DNA from: Chiloscyllium plagiosum | Lineage: Eukaryota | Assembly: GCF_004010195.1 (NCBI RefSeq) | Contig: NC_057756.1 | Location: forward strand, 6,801,910-6,821,909 | Length of the DNA stretch: 20,000 nucleotides | Direction of reading: 5' to 3' | Shown here: one piece after another, positions 8,848-19,543 of the stretch | How the letters are laid out: each line of letters starts with the position of its first letter | Position numbering within the stretch: the stretch's first letter is position 1 | Notes under the pieces: model-generated | Told to the model about the DNA's origin: nothing | The model's input: the letters and a program-made list of their open reading frames with translations, nothing else | The model's database searches: none | Position numbers and translations under genes: made by a program

Positions 8848-10465
8848 CTGATGTAAAATATTCATTTACTCTCTTCCCCCGTCTCCTGCAGTTCCACAAG
8901 TGGGCTCTCTTGCTGATCTTGATGGAACGCAGTTCTCTCCCTAGTTACTCTTTTGTCCTTCATATATTTTTAAAATCCCTTTGGATTCTCCTTAAGCCTA
9001 TTTGCCACAGCTATCTCATGTCCCCTTTGTGCTCTCCTGATTTCCCTCTTAAGTATGCTCCTATCCCGCCTCAGGCGACTGTGTGGAGTTAGCACATTCT
9101 ACCCGTGTCTGCGTGGGTTTCCTCCGGGTGCTCCGGTTTCCTCCCACAGTCCAAAAATGTGCAGGTTAGGTGAATTGGCCATGCTAAATTGCCCGTAGAG
9201 TTAGGTAAAGGGCTAAATGTAGGGGAACGGGTGGGTTGCGCTTTGGCGGGTCGGTGTGGATTGTTGGGCCGAAGGGCCTGTCTCCACACTGTAAGTAATC
9301 TAATCTAATCTATTGCCTTTATACTCTTTTACAGATTGACTCGATCTCTGCAGTCTATCGCTGACACATTTCCTTCCGTTTCTTAACTAAAACCACAATT
9401 TCTCTGATCACCCATCATTCCCTACACCTACCAGCCTTGCCTTTCACCCTAACAGGAACATACTTCTCTGGACTCTCGTTATCGCACGTCTGAAATCTTT
9501 TCATTTTCCAGCTGACCCTTTACCTGCGAACATCTGTCCCCACTTAACTTTTGAATGTTCTTGCCTAATACTGTCAAACGGCCTTCCTCCAATTTTGAAC
9601 TTCAACTTTTAGATGCGGTCTCACCTTTTCCATCACTAATTTATTTTAAAACCAACAGATTTACAGTCACTGGCCCCTCAGTGCTCCCCCGCTGACACCT
9701 CAGTCACATGCCCTGCCTGATTTCCCAAGAGGAGGTCAGTTTTTGCAGCTTCTCTAGTAGGTACATCTCAATGCTGAATCACAAAATTTTCTTGGACACA
9801 CTTACATCTAAACTCTTAAAACTATAGCAATCCCAGTCTATATTTGGAAAGATAAAATCCCCGACCATAATCACCCTATTATTCTTACAGATAACTGAGA
9901 TCTCCTTAAAAATTTGCTTCACAAATTCCCGCTGACTATTGGGCTCTTCGTGAATATAATCCCAAGAAGGTCATCATTCCTTTCCGATTTCTCAGTTCCA
10001 CTCAAATAACCTCCTTGGATGCATTTCCAGGAATATCCTCCCTCAGGACAGCCATAATGCTATCTCTTATCAGAAACGCTACTCCCCCTCCTCTCTCACC
10101 CCCTTTTCTATCCTTCCTATAGCATTTGTGTTCTGGAACATTAAGGCGCCAGTCCTGTCTGTCCCTGAGCCACGTCTCTGTAATTGCTCTGATGCCCCAG
10201 TACCATGTCCCTAACCATGCCCTTCGTTCATCTGCCTTCCCTCTTAGGTCTCTTGCATTGAAATAAATGCAGTTTAATTTATCAATCCTACCTTGTTCTC
10301 TGTTTTTTAACCTGCTTGCCCTGACTGTTTCTATCACTCCTTTTCCCAACTGTATCAGTCTCAGATTGATCTCTTTCCCCACTATTTTCCTGGATCCTCC
10401 CCTAAATTACTAGATTCAACCCTCCTGAGCAGCTCTTGCAAATCTCCCTGCTCGTATATTAGTCC
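8848..10465 (-). mobile_element. CR1 5' ORF2 endonuclease fragment, interrupted by a SINE
   Basis: ORF 10002-10382 carries APE motifs (NAR, AITETWL, RKDR, GGGVA). Confidence 0.9.
9065..9313 (+). mobile_element. 5'-truncated HE1-type SINE, specific to copy B
   Basis: Core gggtttcctccgggtgctccggtttcctcccacagtcc; (taatc)n tail; copy A is uninterrupted at 2851-2866. Confidence 0.92.
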
Positions 10466-11060
10466 GACATTACATTATGAAACAAAGCTTAATTAAATTA
10501 TTACAAAGAAAACTTACTCGAGAAACTTAAAGGGAAGATTGACATGTGACATGTTCTACCATCTCAAAATTAACATGAGGCAAACACAAGTAACAGATCA
10601 TTCACATGAATAAACAACTCCCAAAGTGCCTCAGATAGGAGATGTTGTCAATACAGGTTTCTTAGTGAAAGCCTTCCCCATGCCACAGCTCCCTTCAGGT
10701 GTTAGTGACACTGTGGGACACCAAATCCCTTGTAAACCTCAAAAGGTTGTCAAATTATTCAGTTTTTGATGTCGGGAAGATGATTCATATTAGACTCAAT
10801 GTTAACGATGTTTCTCTCTCCACACATGCTGCCAGACCTGCTGAGTTTCTGGAATGCTTATGGTGTTTGTTACAGTTTTTGATGGTCTTCTCTTGAAAAT
10901 GTGGAGAGATTTTGATATTAATATGAACATTACACATCTATATCACTGGTGCATAAAACTCATCAATTCCTTACCACCATTTCTTCAGATCGTTTGTTCA
11001 TTTTTGTCCAGAATTTCAATTGATGTTTTAAAAAACCCTGAATCCCTCCGGGGCCAATTG

Positions 11061-11974
11061 CAGGTCATTTTGTTATAACGTGTGTTTCACCAACGTGAAT
11101 TTGCTGTAACACGATTGAAGAATTGGGGACACTTTTGACAATGTGAACTTTTAAAATATGTGTTGGCTGCAACATGATTGGCACCAATATGTTAAGTGCT
11201 GTTCCTGAAGCGTGATTTTACTATAACATGGAGTTGCACATGAATGGAGTGCAAGTTTATAGCTCCTTGAAAATGGAATTGCAGGTAGATAGGATAGTGA
11301 AGAAGGCATTTGGTATGCTTTCCTTTATTGGTCAGAGCAACAAGTGTAGGAGTTGGGAGATCATGTTGCAGCTGTACAGGACATTGGTTTGTCCACTTTA
11401 GGAATATTGTGTTCAGTTCTGGTCTCCCTCCTATCGGAAGGATGTTGTGAATCTTGAAAGGGGTCAGAAAAGATTTACAGGGATGTTGTCAGGGTTGGAT
11501 GATTTGAGCTACAGGGAGAGACTGAATAGGCTGGGGCTGTTTTCCCTGGAGCATCAGAGGCTGAGGGGTGACCTTGTAGAGGTTTATAAAATCATGAAAG
11601 TCATGGATAGGATAAACAGGCAGGGTCTTTTCCTGCTGGTGGGGGAGTTCAAACCTAGAGGGCACAGGTTCAGGATGAGAGGGGAAAGATTTAAAAGGGA
11701 CTAAAGGAGCAACTTTTTTTCTGCAGAGTGGTGTGTGCATGGAATGAGCTGCCAGAGGAAAAAGTGGAGGCTGGAACAATTACAGCTTTTAAAAGGCATC
11801 TGGATGTGTACATCAATAGGAAGGGTTTAGAGGGATAAGGGCCAGGTGCTGGCAAATGAGACTAGATTAGGTTCGGATATCTGGTCAGCATGGATGAGTT
11901 GGAACGAAGGGTCTGATTCCGTGCTGTCCATCTCTATGACTAATGCAATCATCATGTTACAGAAGAACTGGTTG
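11061..11974. mobile_element. MITE with nested CR1 (CR1 on + at ~11249-11941), copy B
   Basis: Same ends and TG flanks as 4607-5658; CR1 ORF at 11447-11704. Confidence 0.8.
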
Positions 11975-11989
11975 TGTTGGCATTATCAA

Positions 11990-12600
11990 ATCAGGTAAAA
12001 TGTGAAGTGTAGGAGGGCTGCCACAGAGAAATACCAAACATACTCCAAACAAGATGTTAATTTACTAATGTCACAACACAGGTTTGCTCAACAGTGGGAA
12101 ATCAACTTGAAATAGGCAGGGATAAGTAATTCGACACAGTTGTTCAACTGATGTGACTGATGGTGGACAATTAAATAATTAATTGGGGGGAAGTCAATCA
12201 CCTCGATCCTCACTGACTGGAGGACACCAACCCATCAGGTCCAAAAGATGAGGCTGAAGCATCTGCAACACCTTCAGCCAGAAGTGCCAAGTGGGTGATT
12301 CATCTCGGTCTCCCCCATGAGATTCCCAGCATCATGAACATCAGCCTTTAGCCAAGTCGATTCAGTCCATGTGACACCAAGGAATGACTGAAGGGACACG
12401 ATATTGCAATGGTCATGAACCCATCTAAAATGCCTGCAACAGCACTGGGACAAGATGCAATGCAGTACCAAAGCAAGAGTGGTGCAGAAAACCCTCCCTA
12501 ACTCATGACGTGGGCGGTCAGGGGAAGCAAAAGAATCAGCACACAGGAAGCTACCAGCTCAACCCCAACACACTGACTTGGAACCATATCACCATTCACA
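11990..12600 (+). mobile_element. Older CR1/L2-clade LINE fragment, copy B
   Basis: Paralog of 5680-6275; followed by a CR1 tail on the minus strand at ~12601-12712. Confidence 0.75.
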
Positions 12601-12789
12601 CAGTCAGAGAGGTGGACAGCACGGAAACAGATCCTTTGGTGCAACTCTTCCTTATCGAGCAGATATCATCATTTAATCGAATGCCATTTGCCAGCATTTG
12701 GCCCATATCCCACTCTTACGGCTGTAATCATGTTTTGAAGGAGATAGGGTGAGGTGTGTCACGACGTTGGCATGTAAAAATGGTAATAT

Positions 12790-13460
12790 GGAGCACTGCT
12801 GCCTCAAAGCGCCACGGATTCGGGTTCGATTTCCACCTCAGGCGACTGCCTGGGTGGAGTTTGTGCATTCTCCCCGTGCCTGCGTGGGTTTCATCCGGGT
12901 GCTCCAAATTCCTCCCACAATCCAAAGACGTGCAGGTTGGGATGAATTGGCCATGCTAAATTGTCCCACAATGCCCAGGGATGTGAAGGTTAGGGTGGAT
13001 TGGCCGTGCTAAATTGTCCCATAGTATCCAGGGATGTGCAAGTCGGGGTGAAATGGCCATGCTAAATTGTCCTATAGTGTCCAGGGATGTGTAAGTTGGG
13101 GTGAATTGGCCGTGATGAATTGTCCCATAATGTCCAAGGATGTGCAGGTTACAGTGAATTGGCCATTCTAAATTGTCCCATAGTGCCCAGGGATTTGTAG
13201 GTTAGGGTGGATTAGCCATGCTAAATTGTCCATAGTGCCCAGGAATGTGTAGGTTAGGGTGAATAGGCAAAGATAAATTGTCCCATAATGTCCAGGGATG
13301 TGTTGGCTCGGGTGGATTGGCCATGCTGAATTGTCCCATGCAGATTAGGGTACAGTCGTAAAGGAATGGGTCTGGATGGCTTACTCTTCGGAGGGTCGGT
13401 GTGGACTCGTTGGGCCGAAGGGCCAGTTTCCACACTGCAGGGATTCTATGGATTCTATGG
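12790..13460 (+). mobile_element. HE1-type SINE with expanded 53-bp array
   Basis: Paralog of 6293-6697; B box ggttcgatttcc. Confidence 0.88.
12936..13343 (+). repeat. 53-bp minisatellite, ~7.7 units
   Basis: Unit gttagggtggattggccatgctaaattgtcccatagtgtccagggatgtgcag, starting at 12936, 12989, 13042, 13095, 13148, 13201, 13253 and 13306. Confidence 0.95.
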
Positions 13461-13660
13461 GAATAGATTGGGGCTGAGAAATATGTTATACCACCTTTCA
13501 CACTTATTTTTATTAGATTACGAGATGATCTTTTCTGGGTGTTTCCGTTTTATTATCAGAGGGTGTCAGCCTCTGCTCTATAAGAGAGACCAAACCATGA
13601 GCCAACATTTCATGATGTAGATCACCTCAGAGACAACACACCAAACAGCAGCAGCTGAAA

Positions 13661-13798
13661 TTACAAATAGGCTGCAATCAAAGCTGCAACTGCTCGAGCA
13701 GTGATGACAGTTCCAGACACAATCACTGGGCGAATTACAGAAGCTGACAGCTCCATGATGTTTGATGTGTCCTTCTTTATGATTCGGTGAAATTCATC
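13661..13798 (-). CDS. Candidate terminal exon, copy B
   Basis: tgtttttag|DEFHRIIKKDTSNIMELSASVIRPVIVSGTVITARAVAALIAAYL*; AATAAA at 13549-13554 and 13509-13514 (-). Confidence 0.35.
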   Translation of the reverse strand, partial: DEFHRIIKKDTSNIMELSASVIRPVIVSGTVITARAVAALIAAYL

Positions 13799-13872
13799 CT
13801 AAAAACATTCAACTACATTTATATTTGCTGTTAATACCTCCATCATGTCTTTTGATGTCACAGATTCATGAT

Positions 13873-14205
13873 TTGTGGCGGATATGGAAGGATCCCTTGG
13901 GGCCTTGGAGGGAAGTAAGGGGGGAGGTGTGGGCGCAAGTTTTTCATTTCTTGCGGTTGCAGAGGAAGGTGTCGGGAGTGGAGGTTGGGTTGGTGGGAGG
14001 TGTGGACCTGACAAGGGAGTCACGGAGGGAGTGGTCTTTTCGGAACGCTGATAGGGGAGGGGAGGGAAATATATTCCTGGTGGTGGGGTCCGTTTGGAGG
14101 TGGCGGAAATGACGATTGATGATATGATGTATATGGAGGTTGGTGGGGTGGTAGGTGAGGACCAGTGGGGTTCTGTCCTGGTGGCGATTGAAGGGGCGGG
14201 GAGCA
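13873..14205 (-). mobile_element. Penelope-like element ORF fragment (linker between RT and GIY-YIG)
   Basis: RTPLVLTYHPTNLHIHHII.RHFRHLQTDPTTRNIFPSPPLSAFRKDHSLRDSLVRS..C..K*KTC. Confidence 0.9.
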
Positions 14206-14600
14206 NNNNNNNNNNNNNNNNNNNNNNNNNNNNNNNNNNNNNNNNNNNNNNNNNNNNNNNNNNNNNNNNNNNNNNNNNNNNNNNNNNNNNNNNNNNNNNN
14301 NNNNNNNNNNNNNNNNNNNNNNNNNNNNNNNNNNNNNNNNNNNNNNNNNNNNNNNNNNNNNNNNNNNNNNNNNNNNNNNNNNNNNNNNNNNNNNNNNNNN
14401 NNNNNNNNNNNNNNNNNNNNNNNNNNNNNNNNNNNNNNNNNNNNNNNNNNNNNNNNNNNNNNNNNNNNNNNNNNNNNNNNNNNNNNNNNNNNNNNNNNNN
14501 NNNNNNNNNNNNNNNNNNNNNNNNNNNNNNNNNNNNNNNNNNNNNNNNNNNNNNNNNNNNNNNNNNNNNNNNNNNNNNNNNNNNNNNNNNNNNNNNNNNN
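14206..14600. other. Assembly gap (395 N)
   Basis: Run of N. Confidence 1.
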
Positions 14601-15022
14601 CACGACGGCTGGAGGAGGAGCGCCTCATCTTCCGCCTAGGAACCCTCCAATCACAAGGGATGAATGCAGATTTCTCCAGTTTCCTCATTTCCCTTCCCCC
14701 CCACCTTGTCTCAGTCCTAACTCTCGAACTCAGCACCACCTTCCTAACGTGCAATCTTCTTCCTGACCTCTCCACCTCCACCCCCACTCCGGCCTATCAC
14801 GCTCATCTTAACCTCCTTCCACTTATCGCATTTCCAACACCCCTCCCCCAAGTCCCTCCTCCCTACCTTTTATCTTAGCCTGCTTGGCACACTCTCCTCA
14901 TACCTGAAGAAGGGCTCATGCCCGAAATGTCGATTCTCCTCCTTGGATGCTGCCTGACCTGTGCTTTTCCAGCAACACATTTTCAGCTCTGATCTCCAGC
15001 ATCTGCAGTCCTCACTTTCTTC
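14601..15022 (+). mobile_element. Penelope-like element 3' end (GIY-YIG C-terminus plus pseudo-LTR)
   Basis: RRLEEERLIFRLGTLQSQGMNADFSSF, followed by a C-rich UTR and a hammerhead motif. Confidence 0.9.
14900..14935 (+). ncRNA. Minimal type I hammerhead ribozyme motif (probably impaired)
   Basis: CTGAAGA-A-GGGC(tcat)GCCC-GAAA-TGTC. Confidence 0.65.
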
Positions 15023-15024
15023 CA

Positions 15025-15829
15025 GAAATAGAGGGCATAGGTGAGAGGGGAAAGATATAAAAGAGACTTAAGGGGCAATATTTTCACACAGAGGGTGGTA
15101 CATGTATGGAATGAGCTGCCAGACGAAGTGGTGGAGGCTGGTACAATTGCAACATTTAAAAGACATCTGGATGGGTGTAGGAAAAGGAAGGGTTTGGAGG
15201 CATATGGGCCGGGTGCTGACAGGTGTACATTTCTCTGACTCTATGACTTTACTTGGCATCAGCCTTCCCAGTACACAACTGTGTACACCAGCCCCTCTTC
15301 CCTGCATTAGGCCCAGAGCCTTGACATTTCAACTGCTCCTCCAAGTGCTTTTTAAAGGTTATGAGGTCAACTACCCTCTCAGGTAGTTCATTCCAGATTC
15401 ACACCACACTCTAGGTGAAAATGTCCCTCAAATCCCCTCATACCCTCCGGCCTTTCACCTTAAAATGAGCCAGCCCACCCCCATTATTGACCCTGTGATG
15501 AAGGGGAACTGTTGCTTCGTATCCATGCAGTCCGTGCCCCTCATACTCTTATACATCTCTATCAGGTCCCCCCTCGATCCTCCCTGCTCCAAAGAAAACA
15601 ACCCAAACTTAGCCAGCCTCTCTTCATCGCTGAACTGTTCCATGCCAGACAACATCCTGGGGAATCTCCTCTGTACCCCATCTGGTGCAATCACAACTAC
15701 ATCCAAATGGCAGCACGGTGGCTCAGCGGTTGGCATTGCTGGTTCACAGCACCAGGGACCAGGGTTCAATTCCTTGCCTTCCACAGAGTTCTCGAGCCCA
15801 CCTGATCAGATCGTGGGGGTTTACCCACT
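15025..15829 (-). repeat. Segmental duplicate copy C (inverted), containing CR1(+) ~15027-15247, CR1(-) ~15280-15705 and SINE head(+) 15709-15773
   Basis: Reverse complement of ~1620-2390. Confidence 0.92.
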
Positions 15830-16329
15830 NNNNNNNNNNNNNNNNNNNNNNNNNNNNNNNNNNNNNNNNNNNNNNNNNNNNNNNNNNNNNNNNNNNNNNN
15901 NNNNNNNNNNNNNNNNNNNNNNNNNNNNNNNNNNNNNNNNNNNNNNNNNNNNNNNNNNNNNNNNNNNNNNNNNNNNNNNNNNNNNNNNNNNNNNNNNNNN
16001 NNNNNNNNNNNNNNNNNNNNNNNNNNNNNNNNNNNNNNNNNNNNNNNNNNNNNNNNNNNNNNNNNNNNNNNNNNNNNNNNNNNNNNNNNNNNNNNNNNNN
16101 NNNNNNNNNNNNNNNNNNNNNNNNNNNNNNNNNNNNNNNNNNNNNNNNNNNNNNNNNNNNNNNNNNNNNNNNNNNNNNNNNNNNNNNNNNNNNNNNNNNN
16201 NNNNNNNNNNNNNNNNNNNNNNNNNNNNNNNNNNNNNNNNNNNNNNNNNNNNNNNNNNNNNNNNNNNNNNNNNNNNNNNNNNNNNNNNNNNNNNNNNNNN
16301 NNNNNNNNNNNNNNNNNNNNNNNNNNNNN
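15830..16329. other. Assembly gap (500 N, likely an arbitrary scaffolding size)
   Basis: Run of exactly 500 N. Confidence 1.
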
Positions 16330-16727
16330 TGGCCATGAATGTGCAGAGAGATGGAGCAGGATCAGAGGGTTAAATGGCTCATTCCTGTTCCTGCAGTTAC
16401 ACAGAAACAGTGACTCGCATTCAAACGCTGAAATATCAAAGTTGTTTCGAAGTAGATTATTCAGTAACGAGAGAGCTCCGTCTGTGTTTCCGTTCACCTC
16501 CTACTCACATTTCAGGCGTTCTTTCTCCCATTGGGAGTTCTGAAGTGCTGGAAGTCGTATTGAATGTTGCACAACGGCAATTAGTTCCATTGCTACGCCT
16601 CAAGGTATGTTCCTTCATTAGCTGCCCAAATCGTAGCTAAAATTGCAGGATGCAATAATAAGTGTGAGGCTGAGATAAAAAGCATTTCCTGCAAATGTCA
16701 GAAATCTGTAGACAGAGCAGCTTTTTT

Positions 16728-17410
16728 AGAGCCATAGTCATAGAGATATGCAGCAACATGACATCCGAAATCCTGTACTCAATGCTCTAACCAAACGTCT
16801 TCTTCCTGCATGTATTTACTTGTGATTCTATTTTCAAGAAACTATGAACCTGGATTCAAAGGTCTCATTGTTCAGCAACACTCCCCAGAACCTTACCATT
16901 CGGTGAATAAGTCTTGCTCTGATTCGCTTTTCCAAACTGCAGCAAGGCAGCCTGGGTCTGTATCCTCTGGAGTTCAGAAGAGTCATAGAGTTGCAGGACA
17001 TGGAAATAGACTCTTTGGTCCAACTCATCCTTGTTGACCAGATATCCGATGCTCCTGTAATCCCATTTTCCAGCATTTGCCCCATCTCCCTCTCAATTCT
17101 TCATATTCATGGACCCATCCAGATGACTCTTAAATGTTGAAGTTTTACCCACCTACAACACTTCCTCTGGCAGCTCATTCTGTGCATGCACCATCTTCAG
17201 CGTGAAACAGTTGCCCGTGAGGTACCTTTTATATCTTTCCTCTCTCACCTTAAACCTCTGCCTTCTGGTTTGGACTCCCTCTCCTGGGGAAACGATCTTG
17301 GTCACTCACACAATACATGCCACTTATGAACCCCAAAACCTCAATGAGGTCACCCCTCTGCCTCCAACACTCCAAGGAATAAAAGCCGCAGCCGATTCAG
17401 CCTCTCCCTA
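16728..17410 (-). mobile_element. Patchwork of CR1 fragments, main 3' piece ~16975-17410
   Basis: Tails agccatagtcatagag and agagtcatagag; antisense WNELPEEV-type sequence (cttcctctggcagctcattc). Confidence 0.75.
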
Positions 17411-17414
17411 TGAT

Positions 17415-17810
17415 CCGAAGCAATTTCTTTCAAACGTATGACGTTCTGAGGAGACCTGACTGGGTGCATGTAGAAACAATGTTTCCTCTTGTGGGAGAAT
17501 CTAGATCTCGGGGGTCACGGTTTGAAAATAAGTGAGCACCTGTTTGAAACAGATGAGAAAACATTTTTTCTCTCAGAGGGTGAGAAACTTTGGAATTCCC
17601 TTCCTCAACAGGCAGGTGGATGCAGAATCTTTAAATATTTTTAAGGCAAAAGTAGATCGATTCTTAATGACCAAGAGTGGGTGGGATTATTGGGGAAGGT
17701 GCGGGAATGTGGAGTTGATGTTAAAATCCGATCCGCTGTGATCTTCATGGAAGGCAGAACAAATGTGAAGGGCCATGTGACCAACATTTGTTCCTTCTTT
17801 GGATGTTCTT
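17415..17810 (+). mobile_element. CR1-like LINE 3' fragment
   Basis: MRKHFFSQRVRN..VDAESLNIFKAKVDRFL. Confidence 0.85.
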
Positions 17811-17879
17811 CCTGATGTGCGATTCTCAGTCAGGAATGTGTCAATCCGCAAATCAGCTCTTGAATATCTCAGAGCCTGA

Positions 17880-18695
17880 ATCCATATTGTTGTGGGACTG
17901 TAAATGTGAGGTGTTCCATTTTGGTGAGGCCAATTAGTGCAGGACCTGTGCACTTAATGATACGGCCCTGCGAGTATTGCTAAATGAGAGACTTTGGGGT
18001 ACAAGTTCATAGTTCATTGAAGGTGGCGTCGCAGATAGGCAGAGTGGTGAAGAAGGCGTTAGGTACGCTTGTCTTGAAAGGTCAGTGCATTGAGTATAGG
18101 AGTTGTGATGTCATGTTGCGGCAATACAGGACATTGCTTACCTCATTTTTGGAATACTACATTCCAATTCTGGTCTCCTTGCTTTCAGAAAGATGTTGTT
18201 GAACTTGAAAGGATACACACAATATTTACAAGGATGTTGCCAGGGCTGGAGGCTTTGAGTGACAGGGAGAGGCTGAATGGGCTGGGGTTGGTTTTTTTGG
18301 AGCATCGGAGGCTGAGGGGTGATGTAAAAGTTTATAAAATCATGTGGAACATGGACAGGGTGAAGAGCCAAGATCTTTCTTTTCCCAGGATAGGGGAGTC
18401 CAAAACTAGATGGCAAAGCTTTAAGATGAGAATGGAAAGATTGAAAAGGAACCAAAGGGGCAACTTCAGCATGCACAGGGTCATGTTTGAATAGAATGAG
18501 CTGCCAGAGGTGGTGTTGTAGGCTGTTGCAATTGCAACATTTAAAAGGGATCTGCACAGGTACATGAATAGAAAGGGTTTAGAGGGATTCGGTCCAAATG
18601 CTGGCAAATGGGACTACGTTAATTTAGGATATCTTGTCAGCATGGATGAGTTGGACCAAAGGGTCTAACTCCATGCTGTATGGCTCAATGACTGT
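17880..18695 (+). mobile_element. CR1 LINE 3' fragment (copy D)
   Basis: RDFGVQVHSSLKVASQI..QFWSPCFQKDVVELER..LEHRRLRGDVKVYKIM. Confidence 0.92.
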
Positions 18696-19229
18696 CTGAA
18701 TGGTGATATGGTTCCAAGACAGTGTGTTGAGTGGCTTGGACTTGAGCTTGTAGCTTATTGTTTGCCTATTCTTTTGTTTCTCCTGACCTTCCAGAATGAC
18801 CTTCCGGATCATGGGTCTGGGAGGTGTTTACAGAGCACCCTCAATTTGGTACTGCATTTTATCTTGTCCCAGTGCTATTGCAGGCATGTTAGATGGGTTC
18901 ATGACAATTGCAATATCCTGTGCCTTCAGTTATTCCATGTGAATCGAATTGGCTAATGGCTGATATTCATGATGCTGGGAATCTCATGGGGCAGACCAAG
19001 ATGGATCACTCACCTGGCACATTCTTCAGCCTCATCTTTCGGACTGATTGGCTGGAATCCCCAATCATTGAGGATGGCGGTGAGTGCTCCCTCCCAATTG
19101 CGTGTTTAATTATCGCCCACCAGTCACAACTGGATGTGGAATGACCATCGGCAGATCACTTCACTCAACCTGGTGTAAGCGGATTTTTTTCAGTGTTGAG
19201 CAATCCTGTGTGGTGACATTACCAGTTGA

Positions 19230-19449
19230 AGTCTGTGATGCTGGAAAAACACAGTCGGTCAGGCAGCATCCAGGGAGCCGGAGAATCGACGTTTCTGGCA
19301 TACGCCCTTCATCAGGAATGTGGCCTCACTCGTGAAACGCCATTTCTCCAGCTCTTCTGATGCTGCCTCACTGGCGTTGCTTTTCCGACCTCACACTGTT
19401 GGACTCTGATCTCAGCATCTGCAGTCTTCCCTTTCTCCTTGTCAAATTT
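19230..19449. mobile_element. Short Penelope pseudo-LTR insertion with inverted halves
   Basis: 19230-19320(-) and ~19333-19440(+) resemble 14900-15022; flanked by ccagttga / ccaggttga. Confidence 0.8.
19284..19319 (-). ncRNA. Minimal type I hammerhead ribozyme motif
   Basis: Minus strand attc-CTGATGA-A-gGGC(gtat)GCCa-GAAA-CGTC-gatt. Confidence 0.65.
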
Positions 19450-19543
19450 CCAGGTTGACTCTTTGGTTTCGGAATGTTTGCTGCTCCTTGCTCGCCGTTC
19501 TCATTTCCCAGGTTTTATATTGTCAATAATTGGCCCCTGGGGG

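Larger units (their letters stand above)
7910..13872 (+). repeat. Segmental duplicate copy B
   Basis: Same order of TE fragments and unique segments as copy A. Confidence 0.95.
18696..19515 (-). mobile_element. Older CR1/L2-clade LINE fragment (copy D), interrupted by a PLE
   Basis: Direct paralog of 504-1125. Confidence 0.75.

Noticed and set aside
10002..10382. Active or domesticated endonuclease gene
   Set aside because: Fragment of decayed CR1 ORF2 with surrounding stops; the element is interrupted by a SINE
12936..13343. CRISPR-like regular array
   Set aside because: Contiguous 53-bp units with no unique spacers, inside a vertebrate SINE; no cas genes
13944..16497. Long ORFs of 170-300 aa in the ORF track
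   Set aside because: They read through N gaps
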